This document shows positions 19,094 to 29,111 of a DNA stretch of 64,000 nucleotides, in pieces. Below the pieces are notes generated by a model, which had not been told where the DNA came from, did not search any database, and saw nothing but the letters and a program-made list of their open reading frames with translations. The translations under genes were made by a program, and so were the position numbers. Origin of the DNA: an uncultured archaeon (GTDB lineage Archaea > Aenigmatarchaeota > Aenigmatarchaeia > CG10238-14); the NCBI GenBank assembly GCA_964392445.1, contig CAYMPD010000004.1, forward strand, positions 26,089-90,088, written 5' to 3'. The number at the start of each line of letters is the position of its first letter. Positions within the stretch are counted from its first letter, which is position 1.

Positions 19094-20470
19094 ATGAATT
19101 TTGAAAGTATGAATATTGAGAAGTCAGTATTGGGTTCGTTAGATAATATGGGCTTTGAACAAGCAACAAGAATCCAATCAGAAACTATACCTTTGATAAA
19201 ACAAGGTTATGATGTTATTGGTCAATCCAAGACAGGTTCAGGTAAAACTGCGGCTTTTGGAATACCTTTGGTTGAAAAAGTCAATCGAGGAAAAAAAGCT
19301 CAGGCATTAATCCTAGCACCTACGAGGGAATTGGCAAAACAAATTGCAAGAGAGATTGAAAAGTTTTCGGATTTGAAAAGATTAAAAGTTCAAACCGTTT
19401 ACGGTGGGGTTTCAATGAGACCTCAGATAAGGGGGTTAAAGACAGCAGAAATAATTGTTGGTACTCCCGGAAGAATTCTAGATCATTTAAGACGTGGAAA
19501 TTTTGACACAAGGAATTTGGAAATCTTTGTTCTAGACGAAGCGGACAGAATGATCGATATGGGATTTATTGATGATATAAAAAAGATAGAGAGACAAATA
19601 CCAAATAAAAGACAAACACTTTTGTTCAGTGCTACAATGCCAGGAAATCTAAGGAAAGTTACACAGAAATTTACAAATAATGCAAAAAGAGTTAAGACAA
19701 AAACTAAAGTAGAGGAAACCCTTTTAGAACAATATTATTGTGATGTTAAACCTAGAAAGAAGTTCTCATTGTTAATACATTTAATTCAAGAAGAAGACCC
19801 TGAACTTGCTATAGTTTTCTGTAAAACTAGGAGAGAAACTAGCTCTGTGGCAAGGAATTTGAAAAGGAAAGGTTTAGATGCAGAAGCTTTGCATGGAGGA
19901 TTATCCCAACATCAAAGAGAAAAGATAATAGGTAAATTCAAAAAAAGAAGATTAAGAATTCTGGTCGCGACAGACGTTGCATCAAGAGGTTTGGATATAG
20001 ATGATATAACTCACATATTTAACTACAGGTTACCTAGTAATGCAGAGGACTATGTGAATAGAATTGGAAGAACTGCCAGAGCTGGTAAGTCTGGTAAAGC
20101 GATATCTTTGTTAAGTTCAGATGATCATGGTTCTTTTAGAAGAATAATGAGGAGATACTCTTATGATGTTAAGAAGATGGAAAAATCTGATTTTAAGGAT
20201 CTCCAATTTAATAAGAGAGCTCCTAGGAAAAGGAAATCTAGGAGGAATTATAATATTCAAGGAGGTGATAATTTGAAAGGAAAAGTTAAATGGTTCAATT
20301 CCATGAAAGGATTTGGATTCATAGAACCAGAGGGTGGTGAGAAGGACGTTTTTGTTCATCAGTCATCACTCGCGGACGAAAAAGAATACTTGAGAGAAGA
20401 CGACGAAGTTGAATTTGAAGTTGAAGAAACACCAAAGGGAAAACAAGCAGTAAATGTTAGAAAAGTTTAG
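19094..20470 (+). CDS. DEAD-box RNA helicase fused in frame to a cold-shock domain
   Basis: Q motif, TGSGKT, PTRELA, TPGR, DEAD, SAT, RIGRTAR; C-terminal [19 protein letters not shown]. Confidence 0.93.
   Translation: MNFESMNIEKSVLGSLDNMGFEQATRIQSETIPLIKQGYDVIGQSKTGSGKTAAFGIPLVEKVNRGKKAQALILAPTRELAKQIAREIEKFSDLKRLKVQTVYGGVSMRPQIRGLKTAEIIVGTPGRILDHLRRGNFDTRNLEIFVLDEADRMIDMGFIDDIKKIERQIPNKRQTLLFSATMPGNLRKVTQKFTNNAKRVKTKTKVEETLLEQYYCDVKPRKKFSLLIHLIQEEDPELAIVFCKTRRETSSVARNLKRKGLDAEALHGGLSQHQREKIIGKFKKRRLRILVATDVASRGLDIDDITHIFNYRLPSNAEDYVNRIGRTARAGKSGKAISLLSSDDHGSFRRIMRRYSYDVKKMEKSDFKDLQFNKRAPRKRKSRRNYNIQGGDNLKGKVKWFNSMKGFGFIEPEGGEKDVFVHQSSLADEKEYLREDDEVEFEVEETPKGKQAVNVRKV
20273..20470 (+). CDS. 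Possible independently initiated cold-shock protein (internal start)
   Basis: GGAGGTGA at 20261-20268 followed by in-frame TTG at 20273; gives a 65-aa CSP. Confidence 0.6.
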   Translation: MKGKVKWFNSMKGFGFIEPEGGEKDVFVHQSSLADEKEYLREDDEVEFEVEETPKGKQAVNVRKV

Positions 20471-20652
20471 GCTTAATTAGTTTAGACTTATTTAAAAACT
20501 GGGAAAGGTTAAGGTTTTTTTTATTTTTGTTAATTATATTTACAGATTGAAATTCTTAGATTTTAATAAATTATATAAACTAGATTCCATTTCTTTTTAC
20601 TTTGTCCATGAGTGCTTGGTTGTTCAGGAGAAGGAAATAATTGAATTATTTC

Positions 20653-20916
20653 TTACGATCTAGACCAGTTACTATCAACCCAAAGCCCAATATTATTGTC
20701 ACCCAAATCAGGACTTGACTGACTTGAGATTGTAACTAGGGTCGGGTCAGAATACATACTTGCTGCAGTAAAACTTCCTTCAGCCTGTAGCATCGTACCT
20801 TTCGCAATATTAAAGGCAGCATAAAAGAAATGTCTCGACCATTGACTTAAAACTTTTGCTAATACTCCAAAACCTACCATTATACTTCCAGCTATTTTTT
20901 TCATAAAAAACACCAC
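20653..20916 (-). CDS. Hypothetical small protein
   Basis: 87 aa, hydrophobic N-terminus. Confidence 0.45.
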   Translation of the reverse strand: MVFFMKKIAGSIMVGFGVLAKVLSQWSRHFFYAAFNIAKGTMLQAEGSFTAASMYSDPTLVTISSQSSPDLGDNNIGLWVDSNWSRS

Positions 20917-21018
20917 GATAAATTGGTTTTAGTGGTTTATAAATTTTGGGGGTATTAATGGGTTTTAAGATAACAATGAGGTGTCTATTTAAAAATTAGT
21001 TTAGAAATTAATCGATAA

Positions 21019-21600
21019 ATGATAGATTTCGATACCCAATATGCAAGAAGACATGAATCAATACAAGAAAACCTAGATATTGTTAGACATCTATTCGAAA
21101 TTGCGACAAGGGAAGGTTTAAAAAGAATATCTTTTTATAGAAGAGAAAAATCATATTTCCCATGTGGACTTCATGAAGGAATTCCAATAGGTCTAGATTT
21201 AATAAGGGATCATGTAAAATACGGTTTTCCTAACATTCTAGCCAAAATGAGATTATTGTATGAAATTTCTGAAGGAGATGTTGATATATCATCTGTATAC
21301 GCATTACTTCAAGGGGGATTGGGAATCGTTTCAGAAGATATGAGTGGAGGAGGATTATATAGAGTTTCAGATAATACTCCAACGAGATTTTTAAGAATGG
21401 ATCTCTTTAATCAAATATTTTTTGGGGAACCTAAAAGTGAGTTGAGAAAAACAACTTTTTGGATAGAACATGGAAAAGAGGTTAGAACCCCTATTGTCGA
21501 TTTAGATCACGTTAATGTTAGTCAATCATTTAAAGATATTTATATACAGTATGTTAGTCAGTATAAGAAAGACCCAAGATTTATAATAAGACCCAGATAG
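21019..21600 (+). CDS. Hypothetical protein (orphan)
   Basis: 193 aa ORF, no motif. Confidence 0.6.
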   Translation: MIDFDTQYARRHESIQENLDIVRHLFEIATREGLKRISFYRREKSYFPCGLHEGIPIGLDLIRDHVKYGFPNILAKMRLLYEISEGDVDISSVYALLQGGLGIVSEDMSGGGLYRVSDNTPTRFLRMDLFNQIFFGEPKSELRKTTFWIEHGKEVRTPIVDLDHVNVSQSFKDIYIQYVSQYKKDPRFIIRPR

Positions 21601-21678
21601 GAAATTCAACAAAATTCATCATTTTATAAAATACTTTCCTATTTAAAACCTCAAGCCCGAATTCTAATTGCTAATAAC

Positions 21679-22218
21679 ATGCAAATACTCGAAGAAATAA
21701 GAAACTGGGAAGGAAAACCAAAAGAATTGATTATAAATTTATCCGAGGAAGCTAAGAAGAAACCCGAATTGCTCGAACAGGTCGAAGAAGGACTAAAACA
21801 AGGTTCTAAAGTTGAAAAAAGCATCTGCGCAGAAGTCATGGAATATGTAAGCAAAGACAAACCAGAACTAGTAGTACCATACCTTAACACAGTGATAGAT
21901 TACTTGGATTCTGACGCTTCAAGGGTTAAGTGGGAGACAGCAAGAGTGATCGGAAACGTTTCAAGTGTATCCCCGGACAAAGTAACCGAAGATATTCCCA
22001 AACTTATGACTAACACCGAGGACAAGAGTACTGTTGTTCGATGGAGTACTGCATTTGATTTGACTGAGATCGCTAAGAATAATGCTAGTGTGAGGGATGA
22101 GTTGGTATCTAAGTTCAAGGAAATTGTGAAGAGAGAAGACAATAATGGGGTTAGGAATGTTTATTTGAAGGGTTTGAAGGAGATTGATAGTGAAAAATGG
22201 GGATTATTATCGGTTTGA
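21679..22218 (+). CDS. HEAT/ARM-repeat protein
   Basis: Repeated helical units (LDSDASRVKWETARVIGN, EDKSTVVRWSTAFDL). Confidence 0.75.
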   Translation: MQILEEIRNWEGKPKELIINLSEEAKKKPELLEQVEEGLKQGSKVEKSICAEVMEYVSKDKPELVVPYLNTVIDYLDSDASRVKWETARVIGNVSSVSPDKVTEDIPKLMTNTEDKSTVVRWSTAFDLTEIAKNNASVRDELVSKFKEIVKREDNNGVRNVYLKGLKEIDSEKWGLLSV

Positions 22219-22289
22219 CCCAATAAAAAACATCAAAAATCATCGGTTTGAACCGAAGCATTTATAAATAGATAATACAAATATGTAGT

Positions 22290-23591
22290 ATGAAAGAAAT
22301 AGAAAACAGTCTAAGAAAGTGGAATCTTTGGTGGGCAGAGGATAAAATAAGTGAAGATTTAGTAGGTATACCCCGGGTGAAAACAAAAGAAGTTCTATCA
22401 GTTATGAATTTAAGGCATATTAAAGATGTTATAGGAGTTAGAAGATCTGGTAAAACAACTTTACTCTATCAGGTCATTGATAAATTAATAAATAATGGAA
22501 CGGACCCGAAAAAAATAGTTTTCATAAATTTTGATGATCCAACTCTAAATATTTCCAAGTTAGATGAAATTCTAAAGACAATTTACAAGATAAATCCAGA
22601 TGTGGAATATTTGTTCCTTGATGAAGCATCTGAGAAAGAAGGCTGGGAAAGATGGGTTAGAACAATTTATGACTTAAAGAAATTCAAACAGATATTTGTA
22701 ACAGGGTCGAGTGCGAGTTTACTTTCAAAGGAAATTGGGAAAGTCTTGACAGGTAGACACATAACTTTTGTTCTATATCCTTTTTCTTTCAAAGAATTCT
22801 TGATTTCTAATGGATGGGGAAATTTCAATAAAAATTATCTACTTAAAGAAAAAAATAAACTCATTCATTTTCTCCACAGATATTTAAAAGAAGGAGGATT
22901 TCCGGAGACTTTAAACAAGGATGAATCAAGTTCTAAGGCTATACTTACCAACATATACAATGACATTATTGCAAGAGATATTGTGTCAAGACATGAAGTG
23001 GACTCTGATAAGGTAAATAAATTAGCTTATTACCTCTTAACCAACTTCACAAATGAGTATTCCTACAGTAAATTGGCTAAAAAAATTGGTATTGACTGGG
23101 AGACAGTTGAAAGATACATGAAATTCCTTGAAGATACGTTTCTTGTACTGAGTTTGGATTTATTCTCATTCAAAGTGGGCACTCAGTTCAAGCGAAATAA
23201 GAAAATTTATTGTATTGATACAGGATTAAGAAATACCGTTTCATTTAGATTCTCTCAGGATATAGGAAGATTGGCTGAGAATTTAGTTTTTATTGAGTTA
23301 AAGAGGAGAGGTGAAGATGTTTATTATTGGAAATCCAAGGGAGGTAAAGAAATAGATTTCTTGGTTAAAAGGGGAACGGATGTAAAACAGTTGATTCAAG
23401 TCTGTTGGAATGTAGAAAATGAGAAGACTAAAAAAAGAGAGGTTAAATCATTGTTAAAGGCTATGGATGAATTCGGTTTGAAAGAGGGTGTTATAATAAC
23501 TGAAGATTATGAAGGAGAAGAAAAAATAAATGGCAAATCTATTCGGTATTTACCTCTATGGTATTGGTTATTGGAAATTTCTGAAGAGTAG
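22290..23591 (+). CDS. AAA+ ATPase with C-terminal DUF4143/PD-(D/E)xK-like region (COG1373 type)
   Basis: GVRRSGKT, FLDEA, VTGSS, GGFPE, YCIDTGL, AENLVFIEL, EIDF...IQVC. Confidence 0.88.
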   Translation: MKEIENSLRKWNLWWAEDKISEDLVGIPRVKTKEVLSVMNLRHIKDVIGVRRSGKTTLLYQVIDKLINNGTDPKKIVFINFDDPTLNISKLDEILKTIYKINPDVEYLFLDEASEKEGWERWVRTIYDLKKFKQIFVTGSSASLLSKEIGKVLTGRHITFVLYPFSFKEFLISNGWGNFNKNYLLKEKNKLIHFLHRYLKEGGFPETLNKDESSSKAILTNIYNDIIARDIVSRHEVDSDKVNKLAYYLLTNFTNEYSYSKLAKKIGIDWETVERYMKFLEDTFLVLSLDLFSFKVGTQFKRNKKIYCIDTGLRNTVSFRFSQDIGRLAENLVFIELKRRGEDVYYWKSKGGKEIDFLVKRGTDVKQLIQVCWNVENEKTKKREVKSLLKAMDEFGLKEGVIITEDYEGEEKINGKSIRYLPLWYWLLEISEE

Positions 23592-23594
23592 TAG

Positions 23595-24452
23595 CTAAAT
23601 TTCCGACTTCTGTGTCGACACACCACTAACTATTATCAAAGTTCCTCCAATTATTTGGAATATATTCATCGGTTCTTTTAGAAAAATCAAGCCCAACAAA
23701 GATACTATTACAGGAACCGACATGGACATCATAGTCAAATAGCTAGCACTTGATACGGATATAGTCTTGTTAAGGAATATTGCTAGTATGGCTCCGAAAA
23801 TACCCGTCATTATAACAAATCTACTCGCTTTAATCTCCAGAGGGTTGATATTTAAGATAGGTAACAAAAGTAATAAGACTAAGAGAGCAAATCCTATCCT
23901 ACCAAGACTGATAATGTCTGAATGTATTTCTTTTGTCAAAGGTTTAGTTATTATTAAAGCTGAAGAAAAACAAAGAGCCGTGATTAAAGTTAATAAATCT
24001 CCAACTTTCGGTATTATCATTTTACCCCCAGTAGTAAGTAAGTAAATCCCAATTACAAACACAACAAGTAGAATAATTTTCCTTTGAGTGAATCTTTCTT
24101 TCAAAAAGAAGAAAGCCAATAATGTCGTAAAAAGTAATGTGCTCTTGACTAAAAATCCATAGTTTATTGATGTGGATAGTTTCAAGCCATAAAATCCCAA
24201 AATATATGCTGTTCCGACAAATAAACCTATTAAAAATAGTCTTTTAAGATGTTTGAATTTAATATTTTTCAGTTCTTTTCTCCTCGTTAGTAGATTGTAT
24301 ACCAAAAGTATGGTTGCGTTGATAACTGTTCCTTGAATCGTATAGGGCAAGGCTTCTGCACCTAAGTTTATTGCGTTCTTATTGAAAAATATTAACAGAG
24401 CCCAGGATAAAGAGAAGATAGAGACATAAAGTAATTTTTTATCGATTTTCAT
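23595..24452 (-). CDS. DMT/EamA family transporter
   Basis: 285 aa, about 10 TM helices with a duplicated architecture. Confidence 0.85.
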   Translation of the reverse strand: MKIDKKLLYVSIFSLSWALLIFFNKNAINLGAEALPYTIQGTVINATILLVYNLLTRRKELKNIKFKHLKRLFLIGLFVGTAYILGFYGLKLSTSINYGFLVKSTLLFTTLLAFFFLKERFTQRKIILLVVFVIGIYLLTTGGKMIIPKVGDLLTLITALCFSSALIITKPLTKEIHSDIISLGRIGFALLVLLLLLPILNINPLEIKASRFVIMTGIFGAILAIFLNKTISVSSASYLTMMSMSVPVIVSLLGLIFLKEPMNIFQIIGGTLIIVSGVSTQKSEI

Positions 24453-24499
24453 AACAACTTATTAGAAGTTCAGGATTAAATCAGTTACTTCACCTAAAA

Positions 24500-24982
24500 T
24501 CAAAGTTCATTCACATCATCAGGTAAATGGTCTATACCTCCAAATTCTTTTACAACAATGGATTTTATTTTAGATTTCACTTTTGGACTAACGTGAGTAA
24601 TTGTCATCTTCTCTTCACCCCCAATACTCTCACAATCATCTTCTATTAAAATATTAGGAGAGATTCTTTCAGCAACATCTTTGTATTCTTCACCATCTTT
24701 TCTGAAAATCAACTTACCCTGAGGAAAATTATAATTCTTCAAAACATTTCTAATCATTTCAACTTCTTTTGGTTTTCTCCTACTAGTCAAGTAAATTAAT
24801 CTGATCCCTTGTTTATCCCACTTCTTTAATTTTTTTACACAATCACCCCTTGGGACATAATTCTGAAAATCTCTCACCGAACTTTCTCTATTCTTAACTT
24901 GTTCAACTATTTCCTCTCTTGAGTGTCCTTTAGCACCTGAATGCATCAACAAAGTACCTTCGGTAAAAATCATTATTTTCAT
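24500..24982 (-). CDS. HAD-like fold protein (degenerate motif I)
   Basis: MIFTEGTL, YLTSRR, ILIEDD. Confidence 0.6.
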   Translation of the reverse strand: MKIMIFTEGTLLMHSGAKGHSREEIVEQVKNRESSVRDFQNYVPRGDCVKKLKKWDKQGIRLIYLTSRRKPKEVEMIRNVLKNYNFPQGKLIFRKDGEEYKDVAERISPNILIEDDCESIGGEEKMTITHVSPKVKSKIKSIVVKEFGGIDHLPDDVNEL

Positions 24983-24983
24983 T

Positions 24984-25361
24984 TCAATCCTTAACTACTA
25001 TCATACTTATTTCCACACTAGCTCCAAGTGGTAGTCCTTTCACACATACTGTTTCTCTTGCTGGGAATGGATCACTCATATAATTCCCATAAATCTCATT
25101 TATTTTTCCATAAGATTCCATATCAGTAACAAATATAGTTGTTTTTACGACATCATTAAAAGAAAATCCGGCTTTCTCTAAAACTGATTTCAGATTTTTC
25201 ATAATTTGGTGTGTTTGTTCTTCTATATTCCCTTCTAATAATTCTCCGTCGGGTTTTAAATGAATTTGACCTGAAGTGAACAACATTTTTCCAGTTTTGA
25301 TGGCTTGAGAATAAGGTCCTACAGATTCTGGTGCTCCTTTAGTTTCGATTTTAGTTTTCAT
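24984..25361 (-). CDS. ridA: RidA/YjgF enamine-imine deaminase
   Basis: APESVGPYSQA, SGQI, VVKTTIF, FPARETV, LPLGASVEI; start moved to ATG 25361. Confidence 0.9.
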   Translation of the reverse strand: MKTKIETKGAPESVGPYSQAIKTGKMLFTSGQIHLKPDGELLEGNIEEQTHQIMKNLKSVLEKAGFSFNDVVKTTIFVTDMESYGKINEIYGNYMSDPFPARETVCVKGLPLGASVEISMIVVKD

Positions 25362-25429
25362 AATAACCAAGAAATAATAGAACTTCCAAAGATAAAACTC
25401 TTTTATTATTAATTTACCAACAATTACCC

Positions 25430-26233
25430 ATGAAGAGAATGCAAAACAAAGTAGCTCTAGTAACCGGAGCTGCATTGGGATATAAGAACGGTGGTCCATC
25501 AATAGGCAGTGCTATAGCTTTCAAGTTGGCTTCTGAAGGAGCGAAAGTAGTAATTGTGGATATCAACGAAGAAATGGGAAAAAGGGCGGCTGAGAGGATA
25601 AGGCAAGAGAGTGGAGAGGCTGTGTTTATTGAATGTGATGTATCCAAAACTGAAGATGTTAAAAGAGCCATAGAAACAACTAAGAAAGAATTCGGTGAAT
25701 TACATTGTATCGTGAATTGCGCTGCCTCATATAAAGGAGATATTTTCAAAAATGTGGTTGAAACATCTGAAAAAGACTGGAAACATATAATTGATATTAA
25801 CTTGAATGGTTATTACAGATTTGCTAAGTATGGAATACCTTTGATTCTTGAGAGTGGAGGAGGGACTGTGGTTAATATATCTTCTGCTGCCGCTTTTAAA
25901 GTGAATAAGAATTTCAGTGTTTATCCTGTTACAAAGTCTGCGATTAACTCGTTGACAAGAACTATAGCTATAGATTTCGCACCAGAGATTAGATGTAATG
26001 CAATATGTCCCGGATTTGTTAGGATAGCTAATTCAGAGAATGATCGGACGGGAGAAGAATTAAAGGAATGGCTTGAAGGAATAGCTAAAACTTATCCATT
26101 AAAAAGAGTATGCTCGGTTGAGGAAATAGCCAATGTTGCATTGTTTTTGGCGAGCGAGGAATCTTCTTACATCAACGGGGAGTGTATAGTTGTTGATGGT
26201 GGTAGATCTGTTGCGGATAGTCATGAGTTTTAG
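25430..26233 (+). CDS. Short-chain dehydrogenase/reductase
   Basis: VALVTGA, VNCA, NISS, YPVTK (YxxxK), CNAICPG, VDGG. Confidence 0.92.
   Translation: MKRMQNKVALVTGAALGYKNGGPSIGSAIAFKLASEGAKVVIVDINEEMGKRAAERIRQESGEAVFIECDVSKTEDVKRAIETTKKEFGELHCIVNCAASYKGDIFKNVVETSEKDWKHIIDINLNGYYRFAKYGIPLILESGGGTVVNISSAAAFKVNKNFSVYPVTKSAINSLTRTIAIDFAPEIRCNAICPGFVRIANSENDRTGEELKEWLEGIAKTYPLKRVCSVEEIANVALFLASEESSYINGECIVVDGGRSVADSHEF
26192..26233 (+). repeat. Direct repeat copy A (SDR 3' end)
   Basis: 36/42 identical to 28999-29040. Confidence 0.85.
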
Positions 26234-26244
26234 TAACCGGTGAG

Positions 26245-26720
26245 CAAGAAACATCTCGACTTTAGTCAGGAGATGAATTGCGATAATTATCTTATCCTGA
26301 AAATTGAAAAAAATAGATGGAGAGAGAATTTTCCCTATAATTCGTACTTTTGCTTAGTGATAGTTGGGTTCTCTTCCTTAAAAAAATTTCAGAGGTTTTG
26401 AATATGAGATGGACTAGATATAACCATACGACTGGAGAATCTTATCTCCATTTGCAGTTTACACCAAAATATAGGAGAATAGTGTTTACTGAGAGAATAA
26501 TAAGGAGAAGTTGTAAAATTTTATGAGATGGATAGCGAAAGATTCGGGCGGTTGGTTCAATAACAGCAGAATTGAGAAAATTTTACATTGAAAGATACCA
26601 AAACAAACATTGGTGAGGAATAGATTACTTGACCTACCTAAAGTTGAAAATTCAGGGATAAAACTTTATCACTAACTTTTGAAAGAACCTTCGAGGTCTT
26701 AAATCGAGATATTTAGTTGC
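26245..26720 (+). mobile_element. Non-autonomous IS200/IS605-family relic (boundaries approximate)
   Basis: Left-end-like hairpin atctc-gact-tt-agtc-ag-gagat at 26253-26274 upstream of a tnpA relic; right end uncertain; no tnpB. Confidence 0.7.
26404..26616 (+). pseudogene. tnpA: Internally deleted IS200 Y1 transposase
   Basis: MRWTRYNHTTGESYLHLQFTPKYRRIVF..., two in-frame stops, then IRAVGSITAELRKFYIERYQNKHW*; the central HUH region is missing. Confidence 0.85.
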
Positions 26721-26803
26721 ATCCTAGAAATGGTTTCACAAAAAGGTAAAAACCGAATAAAAGGTAGTTTTTGAGATTCCAAAATTATAAAAAAGAAAAA
26801 AAA

Positions 26804-27523
26804 TCATTCCTTAAACAACCATCCAAATAAACCCTTGTTCCTTTTTTCTCGATTTGCCATTTTTTGTAATCTATTTTGTTCTTGCTCTATTTGTTGAATT
26901 TGTTCCTGGAAAATTTGTTTTATTTCCTCGTCTTCTATTCTTTCTTCTAGTTCTCTTAATGCTCGAATTCTTTCTTCGTTTCCGTTAACCTCCTGTTCTA
27001 ACTCATCGGCAGCCTCTTCATCTCCACCAAGTAATAATCTTCTAAGCATCCCCCTCGTCTGGATTCTCTCTTCTACTTTTAAAGTCGCCTGAACAGAATT
27101 GTTGAACTCCATGGCTATCTCTGAGACTTCATCTCCAATACCCCCCTTTTCTTCAAGCATCTGTCTCATGTATAATAAATTATGTACAGACTCTCTCACT
27201 CTGTTTTGATTTCTGTATATTTTCTGTATATTTTCAGGTAAACCTTGGATTTCTTCATCCATTTCCTGATATCTCTTCTGGGTTCTTTCTCTTATTTGTG
27301 ATATACTCTGGGCCGCTTCTGGGATATTTTTTCGTTGTCGTTTGACTAGATCCTCCTCTTTAATTGGCTTTCTTTCTTCTGATGAAGAAGACTGATTGCC
27401 GTCGGTCGGAGGTGAATCTATATCTGGTCTGTTTCCTTCTCCACCTGGCGTTTCAACTGGTTGTGAGAGGATAAGCTGGGGTAAAAGTAGTACCAACAAA
27501 GCTAATGCAATTATTTTTTTCAT
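26804..27523 (-). CDS. Secreted coiled-coil hypothetical protein
   Basis: Signal peptide MKKIIALALLVLLLP, then a Q/E-rich helical body. Confidence 0.8.
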   Translation of the reverse strand: MKKIIALALLVLLLPQLILSQPVETPGGEGNRPDIDSPPTDGNQSSSSEERKPIKEEDLVKRQRKNIPEAAQSISQIRERTQKRYQEMDEEIQGLPENIQKIYRNQNRVRESVHNLLYMRQMLEEKGGIGDEVSEIAMEFNNSVQATLKVEERIQTRGMLRRLLLGGDEEAADELEQEVNGNEERIRALRELEERIEDEEIKQIFQEQIQQIEQEQNRLQKMANREKRNKGLFGWLFKE

Positions 27524-27602
27524 CCTTATTACCACCTACTATTATTTGTTTTCTTTCAATTAATTAATTTTCTCTTCTTTTAGAGAATCTATAAATATTA
27601 AA

Positions 27603-28943
27603 TTATAACAATATCCATGCATATAATACCCAAAGTATTATCACAATGAAATTCAACCATACTCCATACGAGAACATTTTCTTAAAAGTCACATGTTTAT
27701 TCTTAGAAATTATAGCATTAGGAGGAGTTGCAATTGGTAACATAAAAGCCATATCACTACACACAGCAACTGTAAATATTCCTAACAAAGGACTAAAGCC
27801 CGCTGACTTGTAAAATTGTATTATTATAGGTATAAGAGTTGCTGATAAGGCCGTGTTTGAAATCAGTTCTGTGGAGAAATTGGCTATTATTGCCGTAATG
27901 AGAAGATATGAAATTTCATTTTTTGGAACAAAACTCATAAATTGGATGAAAAGGTCAGAGATCCCCACGCTTAAGAGGATATTGCCTAGGGCCAAAGCAC
28001 CACCTAACATCAAAATAATATCCCAGGGGATTTTGACATCTTTAATTTTTAAAATTGGTTCTTTCTTGGTTCTGATTAGAAATAGTAAGGATGCACCTAA
28101 TAGACCGATAATAACATCACTAATTTCGATGGTAGATTTTTGAGATAAATATGGTCGAAGCAACCAGAACAAGACGGTTATTAAAAGGATTAAAATAGTC
28201 AATTTTGCATTGGTTTCAAGTCTGATTCTTTTTGTCTTTACTCTGATTTTCTTGGTGTTGGGAGCTCTCCAACTCATGTATATCCACAGGATCAGTAAAA
28301 GAAGTGAAGTAAAAGGCATTAAAATTTTAGCCCATCCTAAAAACCCTATATTTACACCCTCTCTCATCATATATTCCGCTCCTATAAGGTTGGTGGTTGT
28401 ACCTATCAAAATAGCTGTGCCGCCGATTGAGGCCGCATAAGCTATTGACAATAACAGAGAAACTCGATATTCTTCGTCTTCGTTCTTTATCGCTTCTAAT
28501 ATCCCTACACCAATGGGAAGCATGAGCATTGTCGCAGTTGTGTTCGCCATTAAAGTTGATAAAAGGGCAGTTGATAATATTGTTCCTAGAATAACAAGTC
28601 GTGAACTTTTTCCAGATAGTTTCATTAGAGAAAAAACTATCTTTTCATCAATTTTCCATTTTGATACAGCTGAAGAAAAGATGAAACCAGAAATAAATAA
28701 CAAAAGTATACTGGAATAATAATTAGATACTATTTCTCCAAATGATATCAAGTTTAGAAGAGGGCCAAAAATTAAAGGTATAAGCCCAGTTACCCCGATT
28801 GGTATTAATTTAGTTGTCCACAATATTGTACATGTAAATAATATCAGAAGTGATGCTCTGATACTTTTCTGTAAAGGTAGAAGATAGATCAATAACCAAG
28901 TTAGTAGAATTAGCAGTAACCAAAAAAGTTTTTTCGTTTTCAT
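27603..28943 (-). CDS. DASS/SLC13 di-/tricarboxylate or sulfate:sodium symporter
   Basis: MANTTATMLMLP, ASIGGTAILIGTTTN, TELISNTA, FMLPIATPPN. Confidence 0.9.
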   Translation of the reverse strand: MKTKKLFWLLLILLTWLLIYLLPLQKSIRASLLILFTCTILWTTKLIPIGVTGLIPLIFGPLLNLISFGEIVSNYYSSILLLFISGFIFSSAVSKWKIDEKIVFSLMKLSGKSSRLVILGTILSTALLSTLMANTTATMLMLPIGVGILEAIKNEDEEYRVSLLLSIAYAASIGGTAILIGTTTNLIGAEYMMREGVNIGFLGWAKILMPFTSLLLLILWIYMSWRAPNTKKIRVKTKRIRLETNAKLTILILLITVLFWLLRPYLSQKSTIEISDVIIGLLGASLLFLIRTKKEPILKIKDVKIPWDIILMLGGALALGNILLSVGISDLFIQFMSFVPKNEISYLLITAIIANFSTELISNTALSATLIPIIIQFYKSAGFSPLLGIFTVAVCSDMAFMLPIATPPNAIISKNKHVTFKKMFSYGVWLNFIVIILWVLYAWILL

Positions 28944-28998
28944 CGAAGATAATTAGATTTCGAGTTTAATAAAACCTGTATTATTTCAAATATTTTTG

Positions 28999-29040
28999 GT
29001 TGATGGTGATAGATATATTTCTGATAGTCATGAATTTTAG
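28999..29040 (+). repeat. Direct repeat copy B: degenerate intergenic copy of the SDR 3' end
   Basis: Reads VDGDRYISDSHEF* versus VDGGRSVADSHEF* in the gene. Confidence 0.85.
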
Positions 29041-29111
29041 TCTGATAATTTACTAATTAATATCCTTTAAAGAACAATTACTTATGTAAAAACTAGGAAG
29101 AGTTGAGAATA

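Noticed and set aside
26192-29040. SDR 3'-end repeat as a DGR variable/template repeat pair (4 of 6 mismatches are A in copy B)
   Set aside because: Two mismatches are T/G, the repeat is only 42 bp, the target is an enzyme, and no RT is nearby; AT drift explains it
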